Of a DNA stretch of 64,000 bases, positions 8,569 through 18,156 are shown piece by piece. Position 1 is the stretch's first letter. Every line of letters starts with the position of its first letter. The notes under the pieces were generated by a model that was given only the letters and a program-made list of their open reading frames with translations, did not search any database and had not been told where the DNA came from. The position numbers were made by a program, and so were the translations under genes. The stretch is from an uncultured Actinomycetota bacterium (GTDB taxonomy: Bacteria > Actinomycetota > Actinomycetes > JAHEKZ01): assembly GCA_963829525.1 (NCBI GenBank), contig CAWHIJ010000003.1:2080001-2144000 (forward strand), read 5' to 3'.

Positions 8569-10122
8569 TCAGCAGCCGCCCGAGGTCTTGCTGCGCTGCA
8601 GGGACTGGCGGCTCGTCACAGACTTGCCGCGGTCCAGGTCATAACCGCGCTGCCAGTCGGAGATGAAAAGAGTCTTGTTCATCTCGTGGTTCCGGTCACC
8701 GTCGAGGCTCAGTCGCATCGTCAGCGGGACGCCAGACACGGCCGCGCGGCTGACGGTGCCGATTGCACCGCCGTTGTAGAACCACGTGATGTGCCCACGG
8801 GTGACCTCAACCGCGAAGGCCACCGCCCGGCCCTCGGGAAGTCGGATCTGCCGCTTTGCCTGCCACTGCCGCGTGCCGTGTCGAGCGCCAATAGCGACCG
8901 TCGAGCCGCCGACACGCACGCTGGCCACCGTGATATTGCGGCTCCCGCAGGCGTAGTCCCTGGCACGGTCGGGGACGAGTTCGATCTTGGCCGTGAAGTC
9001 CTTGGCACCGATTTCGAGCCGCTTAAGGCGCATCTTCGCTTCCCAGCGGCCGTATGTCCTTGCGTTGTCTCGCAGGGTCACTGACGTCGTCCCGAAGTCA
9101 CCAGGTCCAGACCATACGCGCCCGCTGTCCAGCAGAAGGCCGCCATTGTGCCGGCCCGCACGCCCCAGACCGTTGGAGCGGTCCGACCACCAGCCCTTGC
9201 GGTCAGTGCCCCGGCTGGGACGGCTGGTCAGCGACTGACCCTGCTCCCATGCGAAGTCCCACAGCGACTGACCCCACTTGTGGGTGCCACCGGCAGTTGC
9301 GGCAACCGACGTGTTGGTGCCGCTCTTCGTCGAGAAAGTCGTGTCACTTGGTGCAGACGGCAGCTTCACACACGAGCCGGAGGAGTTGGCGTTCGCCAGG
9401 ACGTCGACGGGAGTCGGGAACGACGGGAACCACCCGACCTGGCTGCCGCCCTTCGTCCAGTTCTCCTGGCGGACCCGGTACACCGGACAGCCTGGGTCAG
9501 TCGGGGGCACAACGAACGAACCGTTGCCTTTGGAGTCGGTCGTCGTGGTGGCCAACTTGTTCCAACCACCTTGGGCGTCGCGTCGCTCAAGTGTCAGACC
9601 GCGGCCCGGGAACACCGGCGACGGCAGGTCCGGCCGGTGCGACAGCACCGGCGTGGTGTCCACCTTGATGGTGAACTGGCGGCCAGACATCGCTTGTCCG
9701 AAACCAACGGAGGAGGAGTTGGGGACAACGGTCAGAACCAGATCCTGCGAGCGGGCGCTGAACGAATGCGCCGGTGTGGCCACGCCGCGCGAGGCCACCC
9801 GGTACTTGATGCCAAACATCGAGGGCGCTGGGTACTTGAACTTGAAGCTTCCGTCGCGCGAGGTCATGGTGCGAAAGCCCTCGACCTTGTTCCACTCGTC
9901 GCCTGGACGCCCCATGTTGGACTGAAGCCAGATCTTCCGGGCACCGTTAACGCCCAGATTGCCGCGGAATGTGACGGCCTGACCTCCGACGTACTGATTC
10001 GGCGATACGGCCAATGACCCACTGATTTTCGCTGCCGCCGGCCCAGCCGGGGCGATGTTGCCGAGTAGTGAGGCGGCGATCGCCCCAGCGACCACCAAGT
10101 AGAAGGGCCTGAACTGCTTCAT
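8569..10122 (-). CDS. Secreted protein: Ig-like N-terminal domains plus concanavalin A/GH16-like C-terminal domain
   Basis: Signal peptide; YGRWEAKMR and FAVEVT..HITWFYNG resemble the GH16 fold; no ExDxxE motif. Confidence 0.55.
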   Translation of the reverse strand: MKQFRPFYLVVAGAIAASLLGNIAPAGPAAAKISGSLAVSPNQYVGGQAVTFRGNLGVNGARKIWLQSNMGRPGDEWNKVEGFRTMTSRDGSFKFKYPAPSMFGIKYRVASRGVATPAHSFSARSQDLVLTVVPNSSSVGFGQAMSGRQFTIKVDTTPVLSHRPDLPSPVFPGRGLTLERRDAQGGWNKLATTTTDSKGNGSFVVPPTDPGCPVYRVRQENWTKGGSQVGWFPSFPTPVDVLANANSSGSCVKLPSAPSDTTFSTKSGTNTSVAATAGGTHKWGQSLWDFAWEQGQSLTSRPSRGTDRKGWWSDRSNGLGRAGRHNGGLLLDSGRVWSGPGDFGTTSVTLRDNARTYGRWEAKMRLKRLEIGAKDFTAKIELVPDRARDYACGSRNITVASVRVGGSTVAIGARHGTRQWQAKRQIRLPEGRAVAFAVEVTRGHITWFYNGGAIGTVSRAAVSGVPLTMRLSLDGDRNHEMNKTLFISDWQRGYDLDRGKSVTSRQSLQRSKTSGGC

Positions 10123-10396
10123 TAAGACGGTTCCTCCGGGTATCGCGGAAATCCGACTCTCTAGATGTCGGCCGGAAGTAAGGCTCGCTTGAGCCGATGC
10201 TTATTGGGGATTCAAAAAACCGTACACCAGCCGGCATGAAAACAAAGAACCCAACTGGCTACGGCGCGGCGAAGCCATCTCCACACCGGCACTCGTTCCA
10301 TATGAGACCGTCGGGTACCAGACCTTCCCATGCGGGGCCGTAACCATGTCGTGGAGTATGGTCCGGCTTCGCGACTGTGCGCATAATCATGCACGG

Positions 10397-10438
10397 GAAG
10401 CGGTTGAGCGCTGTGCGACCGCGCCTGCTAAACGTGCA
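10397..10438 (+). repeat. Dispersed 42-bp intergenic repeat, copy 1
   Basis: 33/42 identical to 13151-13192, with a 17-bp identical core TGAGCGCTGTGCGACCG. Confidence 0.7.
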
Positions 10439-10600
10439 TGATCCTCAAACCCACCCTTGCCTGACCTTTGGTCGCAATGACTTGGGGACGGCCGGGGGTC
10501 GCGAGCCGGTGGGTGTGGAGGACGTAGGGCTCTGCCGGAACCAATCTGTGCTTGATGTACTGGCTCAGGACTCTCTGGGGCCTCATGCGCGGAGGTTCGG

Positions 10601-12025
10601 ATGCGTAACCCTCGAAGCGGGCAGAGTGGTTCCAGACGTCGCTTGACGTCCGTGCTGGCCATGACGAGCGTTTGCCTGGCTCTTGCCGCGTCGTTTCAGG
10701 CAGAACCCGGTAGTGCGCGTGTGATCGCCCCGAATCCCTCCTCTCTCCCCAACATCCTCTTGATCGTCGTCGACGACCAACCCAAGGGCACCCAGGACGC
10801 GATGCCCAATCTGCTCAACCGGGTCGCCGCCAAGGGGGCCACGTTCTCCAACGGCATCGCACCCACCGCACTCTGCTGCCCATCCCGATCGGCGTTGCTC
10901 ACCGGAAATCACTCCCACACCACCGGGGTGTGGGGCACCGACCCCGCGTCGCTCGGGGGATGGCCAGCCCTGCATCCCCACGAGTCGCAGACCATCGCCA
11001 CCGCCCTCGATACGGCGGGCTACCACACCGGTCTGTTCGGCAAGTACGTCAACGACTTCCATAAGTTTCGCCCCGACGGGTACATCCCACCCGGCTGGGA
11101 CACGTTCCGCGCCATCCTGGCTGCCGATGGAGGAGACGGCGCGTACTACCACTACAGATTGACCGGCCTCCACAGGCATTTCGGGGCGGAGCCCCGGGGC
11201 TACTCCACCGACGTCACCGGCAGGCTCGCTGTCCGGCACATCGAGAACACCCCAGCTGGAACCCCCTGGTTCGTCTACTACTCCCCGTTCGGCCCGCACT
11301 CACCCATGACACCTGCTCCCCGACACGAAGGGACCTGGCCCCTGGAACCGGCATCTGCCATCGACGCGTTCAACGAGCGACGGGTGTCCGACAAACCTCC
11401 CTGGATCCAGAAACTTCCCTTGGCCAACAAGCTGGTAATGAGAGCCCGCCTGACCAGGCAGCATGAGGTCGTTCGCTCCATCGACGAGCAGTTGGGCGAC
11501 CTACTGGACGCCGCTAACCTGTCCAAGACCCTCGTCATCTACCTGTCCGACAACAGCTTGATGCTCGGGGCGCACCGCATCACCGGTAAGGACGTTCCGT
11601 ACCGTCGCGCCACAGAAGTCCCGATGTACGTTCGGTGGGATGGGGTCACGTCGCCAGGGACGATTAAGAGCCGGGTCACCCCGCAGATCGACCTCACGGC
11701 GCTCATCGCAGACGCCGCACATGTCCCGTGGACGATGGAAGGTCGCAACGCCCTGACCACTCGGCGTGCGGGGTCAGTGGTAGAGCAGATCCGCATGACC
11801 CGGTCCTACGCCAACCACCCCGCCTACTGCGGATGGCGAAGCCGCCGCTACTTGTACGTTGCGTACGACACCGGGCAAGGCCGCGAGTTCTACGACTACA
11901 AGCGCGACCCGCAAGAGCTCGTCAATGTCATCAACGTGCGTGACTACGCGGACCGGGTCGCCAGACACAGAGCACAGGCCAAGGCTAGCTGCCGTCCCGA
12001 ACCTCCCGGCTTCAACTGGCATTGA
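10601..12025 (+). CDS. Secreted formylglycine-dependent sulfatase
   Basis: PNILLIVVDDQ, CCPSRSALLTG, GYHTGLFGKY and YLSDN motifs; signal peptide. Confidence 0.93.
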   Translation: MRNPRSGQSGSRRRLTSVLAMTSVCLALAASFQAEPGSARVIAPNPSSLPNILLIVVDDQPKGTQDAMPNLLNRVAAKGATFSNGIAPTALCCPSRSALLTGNHSHTTGVWGTDPASLGGWPALHPHESQTIATALDTAGYHTGLFGKYVNDFHKFRPDGYIPPGWDTFRAILAADGGDGAYYHYRLTGLHRHFGAEPRGYSTDVTGRLAVRHIENTPAGTPWFVYYSPFGPHSPMTPAPRHEGTWPLEPASAIDAFNERRVSDKPPWIQKLPLANKLVMRARLTRQHEVVRSIDEQLGDLLDAANLSKTLVIYLSDNSLMLGAHRITGKDVPYRRATEVPMYVRWDGVTSPGTIKSRVTPQIDLTALIADAAHVPWTMEGRNALTTRRAGSVVEQIRMTRSYANHPAYCGWRSRRYLYVAYDTGQGREFYDYKRDPQELVNVINVRDYADRVARHRAQAKASCRPEPPGFNWH

Positions 12026-12102
12026 ACCCCGACCCCCGTTAGCCCACCTCCGATAGACCTCAAGAGTCGAGCTAGACCGAACACTGTGCCAGTCTGTGGA
12101 AG

Positions 12103-13125
12103 ATGAATGCTGCAGATGACCGTGAGACGCGACTTGACGAGTTGATGACGGCCATTCAGCGGGCCGGCATTCTCCGGGCCTTTGTGGAGTTGGACCTGCC
12201 GGGGGCTTTGGAGGTCGACAAAGGAAGCAGTGTCGGTGATCTGGCCGATTCAGTTGGTGCTCTCCCGGAGCTGCTGGAGCGGCTCTTGCGGGGTGCTTCT
12301 GCTCTCGACCTCTGCGTAGAGGAGGTCGGGGCCTGGCGACTCACCGCGTCCGGTGCATCTCTTCGACGCGACGAGCCGGACGACCCTGCCGGGTGGGTCA
12401 TGCTGTTGACGGCACCATGGATGGCGTTGCCTTGGATTTCTCTCGCGGACGCGGTTCGAACCGGTGAGCCAGCCTTCTCGCAGGTTCATGGCGTCGGTTT
12501 CTGGGAGTTTCTTGCAGGCCATCCCGCGGAGGCCAAGGCATTCGATGCGGCGTTGGCCACCGAAGGTACCGAGCGTGCCTCAGACCTTCACCGAACCACC
12601 GACCTTGCCGGCGCAATCACCATCGTCGATGTGGGCTGTGGACATGGCACGTTGCTCGGCGAGCTCCTGAGCCGACTCCCGGAGGCAACTGGGGTCGCGT
12701 TTGATCGTGAGGAAGTGATTCGTTCAGTTCCCGAAGTCGTTAGGCTCGCAGATCGCTTGGAGCTCAGGGCCGGAGACTTCTTTGAGGAGATACCTCGCGG
12801 GGGCGATGTCTATGTGCTCTCACGAATCCTTCATGACTGGTCGGACGAGGATGCCGAGCGGATTCTCCGAAGCTGTCGACGCTCCGTATCGTCGACTTCG
12901 AGACTCGTCCTCCTGGAGCAGGTGGCCCAGGAAGCGTCAAGCCTCGATCAGAGTTCGAAACTCGAACTCGCTATGAAGGATCTCAACATGTTGGTCCTGG
13001 TCGGAGGCAAGGAACGCACCGTAGCTGACTACCGAAGACTCCTCGAGGCAGCCGGGTTTCAGCTGGAGCACGTCCACACAGGCGAGGCCTGCGACGTACT
13101 ACAAGCCCGTCCAGTCAAGGGATGA
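12103..13125 (+). CDS. SAM-dependent O-methyltransferase (Methyltransf_2, dimerisation domain)
   Basis: VDVGCGHG, GDFF, RILHDW and GGKERT motifs. Confidence 0.9.
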   Translation: MNAADDRETRLDELMTAIQRAGILRAFVELDLPGALEVDKGSSVGDLADSVGALPELLERLLRGASALDLCVEEVGAWRLTASGASLRRDEPDDPAGWVMLLTAPWMALPWISLADAVRTGEPAFSQVHGVGFWEFLAGHPAEAKAFDAALATEGTERASDLHRTTDLAGAITIVDVGCGHGTLLGELLSRLPEATGVAFDREEVIRSVPEVVRLADRLELRAGDFFEEIPRGGDVYVLSRILHDWSDEDAERILRSCRRSVSSTSRLVLLEQVAQEASSLDQSSKLELAMKDLNMLVLVGGKERTVADYRRLLEAAGFQLEHVHTGEACDVLQARPVKG

Positions 13126-13150
13126 ACTTAGTCAAGATAGTCGCGCACCA

Positions 13151-13192
13151 GAAACGGCTGAGCGCTGTGCGACCGTGCTCAGCAAACGTCCA
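13151..13192 (+). repeat. Dispersed 42-bp intergenic repeat, copy 2 (contains CTGAGC/GCTCAG hairpin)
   Basis: Matches 10397-10438. Confidence 0.7.
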
Positions 13193-13378
13193 GGTCGCAA
13201 GCGCTGTGCAGTGCAATATCCTGGACTGAGCAGTCACGAAACCGGTTGCTGATCGCAATGAGCGGGCGGCGAGTCGTGACCCTCATCGGGGACGCGGGAC
13301 CGGTAGTCAAGCAGATGGCTCGCTTCGGGCGTCACCAGCCGCTACCGTCGGATGATTCGTCACGAAGGTGGGCCTAAC

Positions 13379-13987
13379 ATGAGCCTGTACCACGCCGGCA
13401 ACCGCCAACTTCAGGACCGCTTCGACACTCGACTGCTGGCGGACAGGCTTGACGAAGTCATCGTCAACGAAACGATCAGCGAGTCGGACGCCGAGTTGAT
13501 CTCCTCAGTCGACCACTTCTTTCTCGCAACAGTCAACCCGGCTGGGGCGCCAACGGTCAGTTACAAGGGCGGAGCACCTGGCTTCGTTCAGATAGTTGAC
13601 GAGCGCACGCTCGCGTTCCCGAACTACAACGGCAACGGCATGTACCTGTCGATGGGTAACGCGCTTGAGAACGGCATGGTCGGCATGCTTTTCCTTAACT
13701 GGTCGAAGGGGCATCGGCTCCGTCTGCACGGCTCAGCATCCATCAACCCTGACGACCACCTGCTCGATGACTATCCCGAGGCTGAGTTTGTCGTCCGGGT
13801 GCAAACCACCAGTGTTTTTCCGAATTGTCCTCGGTACATCCACCGCATGGAGAAGCAAGAAGAGTCGGTGTTTGTGCCTCGGGCTGGTCGCCGCACGCCC
13901 GTCCCGGCCTGGAAGCACTCTGACTGGGCGATGGAGGTGCTACCCCAGGGCGATGCCGCTTACGACCCAGATGCACCGGTCGCCTAG
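13379..13987 (+). CDS. Pyridoxamine 5'-phosphate oxidase family FMN-binding protein
   Basis: FFLATV, SYKGGAPGF, YNGNGMYLSMGN and FPNCPRYIH motifs. Confidence 0.9.
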   Translation: MSLYHAGNRQLQDRFDTRLLADRLDEVIVNETISESDAELISSVDHFFLATVNPAGAPTVSYKGGAPGFVQIVDERTLAFPNYNGNGMYLSMGNALENGMVGMLFLNWSKGHRLRLHGSASINPDDHLLDDYPEAEFVVRVQTTSVFPNCPRYIHRMEKQEESVFVPRAGRRTPVPAWKHSDWAMEVLPQGDAAYDPDAPVA

Positions 13988-14526
13988 CGCTGCTCGGTCA
14001 ATGCCGTGAAGGTGGCGGTGCGCGCCCAAGTAGGTGAGTGCCTCGGCCCATCGCTCAGGGAGGTCAGAGAACTCTTCAGGCCCGGGGAGGTAGGCCCGCG
14101 TTGAGGTCACCAAACGGCGCGTACCAGCGATAGGTCCTCCCGGCAGGACGAACGGAAGGCAAGGCGACAACGTGTCGATGGCGGTGACGAACGGTCTCCA
14201 CGTCAGGACCATGTCATTGCGCCACTTGAGTGCCCTTATGCCCAGCAGGGAGCTTGAACAACATAACCCTGCTCGGCCCGCTCCCCCGGGATGTTGCTGA
14301 CCACGTAGGGGTGGCGGTCCCCACTCTGCCTCCGCGGCGGCGAGGGTCTGCTGGCCACGCTTGTTGCGGTAGGCGTCGACATCGATGCCCCCGACGTTGA
14401 CGGGGGGGCCGCTGGGCCAGGTCCCTTCCCGACGCTGCCGAAGGACTTCGTCGAGCTCCGCCTCGGTGAGGTCAACGCAAGCGGCTCCGGTCGATCCCAC
14501 CGGTACGTGGGTCGGGCCTGAAGGGG

Positions 14527-14913
14527 TCAGGCCATGCCGGTGACGGTGTCGGCTGTGAGGACGCAGAACTCGTTGCCCTCGGGGTCGGCCATCACGGCCC
14601 AGGTGTCGGGGTTGGCCAACGTCTCGGGGTCCTGCCGCAGCTCGATGAGACGGGCACCGATGGCGACAAGCTGGTTGACCCCCTCGCCGAGGGGTCCGTC
14701 GACCGTGATGTCGACGTGGAGTCGGTTCTTCATTGACTTCGGCTCGGGCACGTTCATGAAGTACAACGGTGTTCCGCCACTTGACGGGTCGCTGACCTCG
14801 TACTCGTCGGTGTTGCGTTCCGATACGCGGTGGCCAAGAACGTCGGCCCACCAATGCATCTGCGCCAGCGAGTCGCGGCAGTCCACAACCACACCAAGCA
14901 ACGAAAGCGCCAT
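14527..14913 (-). CDS. VOC/glyoxalase family protein
   Basis: KNRLHVD and WAVMADPEGNEFCV motifs; GGAGG RBS. Confidence 0.9.
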   Translation of the reverse strand: MALSLLGVVVDCRDSLAQMHWWADVLGHRVSERNTDEYEVSDPSSGGTPLYFMNVPEPKSMKNRLHVDITVDGPLGEGVNQLVAIGARLIELRQDPETLANPDTWAVMADPEGNEFCVLTADTVTGMA

Positions 14914-15210
14914 AGGTCCTCCCGTTCCCCCGGCAAACTACCTCCGCCCGGTTGCCACAGACAAGGCAACAATCGAGGCGCCTGTCCATCGACCGCGCTG
15001 GATGCCGGATTCGCGGCGCCTAACGGCACGTCGGAGCGACCGTGTTTGCCGTCCTAACGCGTTCGGTGGTCGAACGCGGCCTCGGGGTTCAGGCAGGCGA
15101 GACTTACCGAGTCGTCGACTTCGACAAGGCCTCGTGGAGGACCCTCACCGCGATCACATGCGACGGGCGGGACCCGAAGGTCCCGCCCGCCAATTTTGAA
15201 TCCGGTTCTG

Positions 15211-16392
15211 TCAGCGGAACTTGAACTCAGCGGTGTGAGTGGTTCCGTCGGAGAGGGTCAGTGTCATGATTCGGCACTGTCCCTTGTAGAGCTTCGGGGT
15301 CTGCCAGTTGAACTGCCAGTTGCCATCCCCTTGGTAGAGGAGACCCGAGGCGTTGGTGTAGTTCTCAACCGCGTCGAAGCCAATATCCGATAGGTCAGTG
15401 CAGTTGATTTGCTGAGACCGCAAGGAGACGAAACTTGCCGCGTCTGATACTGGTGTGGTGCCGTCGAGTAGACGCCACTTCACCGGGATCGTCTGACCAG
15501 CTGTGGCCACGTTGACGAGGTTGTTGTCGATGGGACTCTTGAAGCCCTGGAACGCATACGTGGACGAGGTTGTGATCTTGAGGGCCACGGTTCCGTTCGG
15601 GGTCCAGTTGGTGTCCTCACGGAAGATCCCAACTCCTGCTGCCCCACCATCGGCGTACCAGCCCGCGGTTGAGGTGTTCCAGAACACGTTGTCCGTGTTG
15701 ACGTCGCTGCCGACCGTGACCGGCTGGTTCGAGGGAATTCCCACGTTCAGCGAGTTGTACGGTCCGTTTTGGCCGATCGGTGCCGCGCCGTAGTTGGCGG
15801 TGTTGTAGGCGATCCCGACGATCACTGAGTTCGGCAGGGTTGCGCCGAGACCACTCATGTCGAACGTCGCATTGAACGCTAGACCGTTGTAGCAGGTCCC
15901 GTTCCCTGCCCTCCACGCAAACCCGACCCCGTATCCCGTGTCGGGGCAGGTCGGGTCCGCAGCAGGACGCCACGGGATGGTCACGTTCTGTGTCGTTGTG
16001 CCCAAGAGGTTGTTTGGTACGCCTTGGGCGTCCAGTGTGTCGGCGTAGATGTTCACAGTGATCGGGTGCGTCCAGCTCGTCGAGTTCCCTGAGTACCGAG
16101 CATCGGACGCATAGTCGGCATACACCGCCCAGGTGCTCATCGTGACCGTGACGCTGCTCAATGCCCGGTTGGTTCCACCGAGGTTGACGTGGTCCCCGAA
16201 CTCAGCAGTTTGTGTCGCCTGAAAGCCCAGGCTCGGGACATTTGGCGGCAGCGGTGACGGGGTGGCGTCGTAGACAGTCACGCTTGCCGGGGCAGCGTTC
16301 GCTGGCGCGAACGTCATCAGAGAGCCAGAGACTGCAAGAGCGAGGCCGAACAGACCCACACTGCCCGCAGTACGTAACCGATTCAAACGCAT
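15211..16392 (-). CDS. Secreted protein with C-terminal PxKF domain
   Basis: Signal peptide from MRLNRLRT; C-terminal GFKSPIDN...AGQTIPVKW...FNWQT...F; ORF extension upstream of 16392 is antisense to the resolvase. Confidence 0.8.
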   Translation of the reverse strand: MRLNRLRTAGSVGLFGLALAVSGSLMTFAPANAAPASVTVYDATPSPLPPNVPSLGFQATQTAEFGDHVNLGGTNRALSSVTVTMSTWAVYADYASDARYSGNSTSWTHPITVNIYADTLDAQGVPNNLLGTTTQNVTIPWRPAADPTCPDTGYGVGFAWRAGNGTCYNGLAFNATFDMSGLGATLPNSVIVGIAYNTANYGAAPIGQNGPYNSLNVGIPSNQPVTVGSDVNTDNVFWNTSTAGWYADGGAAGVGIFREDTNWTPNGTVALKITTSSTYAFQGFKSPIDNNLVNVATAGQTIPVKWRLLDGTTPVSDAASFVSLRSQQINCTDLSDIGFDAVENYTNASGLLYQGDGNWQFNWQTPKLYKGQCRIMTLTLSDGTTHTAEFKFR

Positions 16393-16638
16393 GTGATCAA
16401 ACCCTTCCGATCTTGTCGGGTAACACCAACTCGGGCCATCCACCTCGGGAAGAACAAGGAAGATGACGAGGGCTCTTGGGCTCTTCGACCCAAGTAACTC
16501 TCGTTCTAGCGTGCGACAGCCTCGACGCTCTAGGGGCTTTGTGCTCTCTGACTCCGCGTAGTCGCTTGGTGACAACTGAAGGGCGTCCATGCCACTCGTG
16601 GCACGCCGAGACGGGCTCTTTGCGTGTAGAGACCTGGT

Positions 16639-16660
16639 CTCGGAAACGAGCGTTTCTGAG
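16639..16660. promoter_or_regulatory. Palindrome resembling serine-resolvase res site I
   Basis: CTCGGAAACG-AG-CGTTTCTGAG: 10-bp arms with 1 mismatch and 2-bp centre, abutting the resolvase coding sequence. Confidence 0.55.
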
Positions 16661-17299
16661 GTCAGCACACAAGAGCAAGACGAAGCACTCCAACGCGACG
16701 CCCTCGACGCAGTTGGATGTGAACGCCTCTTCGTGGACAAAGCATCCGGGGCCTTGGACAGTCGACCCGCCCTAGACGCGATGCTCGACCAGCTGCGAGC
16801 CGGCGACCTGGTGGTGGTGTGGCGGCTGGACCGGCTGGGCCGGTCACTACGCCACCTGATCGACGTGGTGGCAGACCTTGAATCACGTGGCGTGCAGCTA
16901 CGCAGCCTGACGGAGAACCTGGACACCTCCACACCGAGCGGGAAGCTCACCTTCCACGTCTTCGCCGCGATGGCGCAGTTCGAGGCGGACCTCATCCGGG
17001 AACGCACGCAAGCCGGCCTGGCTGCGGCAAGGGCTCGAGGCCGCACAGGTGGCAGACCGACGGTGTGGACCGCGGAGAAGCTGGCGACGGCACGGGCGAT
17101 GTACGAGTCCGGTGAGCAGGATGTCGCCACCATCGCCCGGGTACTCGGGGTCAGCAGGGCGTCGGTGTACCGAGGTCTCGCTGTTGGCTCTGAGCTCCTG
17201 AGGTCGGCGGCATCCCCAATGGCCCTCGATACCTCGTCGTGCGGCCCGCGGCCCCCCTCAACATCCATCCACAAACCTGAGGATCGCCAGCGGGAGTAG
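16661..17299 (+). pseudogene. Serine resolvase/invertase, 5'-truncated (GYAR lost)
   Basis: VSTQEQD, RLDRLGRS, ERTQAGL..AR.RGR.GGRP and C-terminal HTH; an upstream in-frame ATG at 16589 gives a non-homologous N-terminus. Confidence 0.8.
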
Positions 17300-17392
17300 C
17301 CCGGCGGGGACGTTGGCCTCTGGCCGTCAAGGTGCCGAGCGGCAGACTGGGAGTGGGCAACGAGTGCCCCAGCGAATTGGGAAGGGGTCAAG

Positions 17393-17740
17393 ATGTCCAC
17401 TGTTGCGAGCAACGCTCCAGCGACTAGCCCTGCAAAGAGGAACCTGATCCGCGCTTGGGTGTCCTTGGGACTGATGGTGCCCGGTTTCGTCGGGCTGATG
17501 GCGTTTGGCGAATGGTCGGATACCGAGAACGCTCCTGCCTTCGCGTCAGTGTTGACCGTGGTGATGGTCGCCCTCTTGGCGGCCTTCGCGGCGGGCGCCG
17601 TGTGGTTCGGCGTGCAAGCACGCAGGCTAGGCAGGCGTGCGGGCCTCGTGCCTGCGATCCTGGCCGGGCTCGGCGGTGCCTACTTCCTGGTCGGGTTCGT
17701 CGCCCAACTGCTCAACGGGGGGGAGCCCTTCGGGGGCTGA
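17393..17740 (+). CDS. Hypothetical membrane protein (3 TM)
   Basis: RBS-like GAAGGGG; three hydrophobic segments. Confidence 0.7.
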   Translation: MSTVASNAPATSPAKRNLIRAWVSLGLMVPGFVGLMAFGEWSDTENAPAFASVLTVVMVALLAAFAAGAVWFGVQARRLGRRAGLVPAILAGLGGAYFLVGFVAQLLNGGEPFGG

Positions 17741-17895
17741 CCCCCCGGGCCGTCATCACTCTGATCCTGGGTGTGGCCTGGGCGGGGATCAGCATGTCGG
17801 TCTCACGAGAAGCCGTAGAGCCCCGCTGCACGAGAACGTTGAGTGGCTGGCCTCACGTGCCACCTGACCCCCACCGAGAGACCAACGAGCACCAC

Positions 17896-17963
17896 GACGT
17901 CGCCACCATCGCCGGGTGCTGGGGGTCAGCAGGGCGTCGGTCTATCGCGGACTCTCGTCATGA
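17896..17963 (+). pseudogene. Relic of a second resolvase 3' end (HTH)
   Basis: 52/60 nt identical to 17120-17179; encodes DVATIA[fs]VLGVSRASVYRGLSS-stop. Confidence 0.8.
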
Positions 17964-18156
17964 GCCTTGGCGAACCCGCTCTCACGATTCCAGTGGCTAC
18001 CTTCGACCATAGGCTCTCAACCCACGAAGTCAGCTCAAGGCAGGACCCAGTGACAAGGAGAACAACCATGGCCCCGGATCTTGCCGGCGACTGCCCATCG
18101 CGCTGGGGCGGAATGAGGGAACCGGAGATCACGTGCGGCGCACTTCCGCCGAACCG

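Noticed and set aside
10377-10404. GTGCGCATAA resembling the XerC arm of dif
   Set aside because: No TTATGTTAA-like XerD arm follows the 6-bp spacer
8520-15065. CTAAC...GTT motifs (about 8529 and 15020) as integron attC sites
   Set aside because: No proper R/L box pairing and no integron integrase in the window
15211-17412. 733-aa minus-strand ORF suggesting a large fusion protein
   Set aside because: The N-terminal 340 aa are the antisense shadow of the resolvase; the real gene starts at 16392 with a signal peptide
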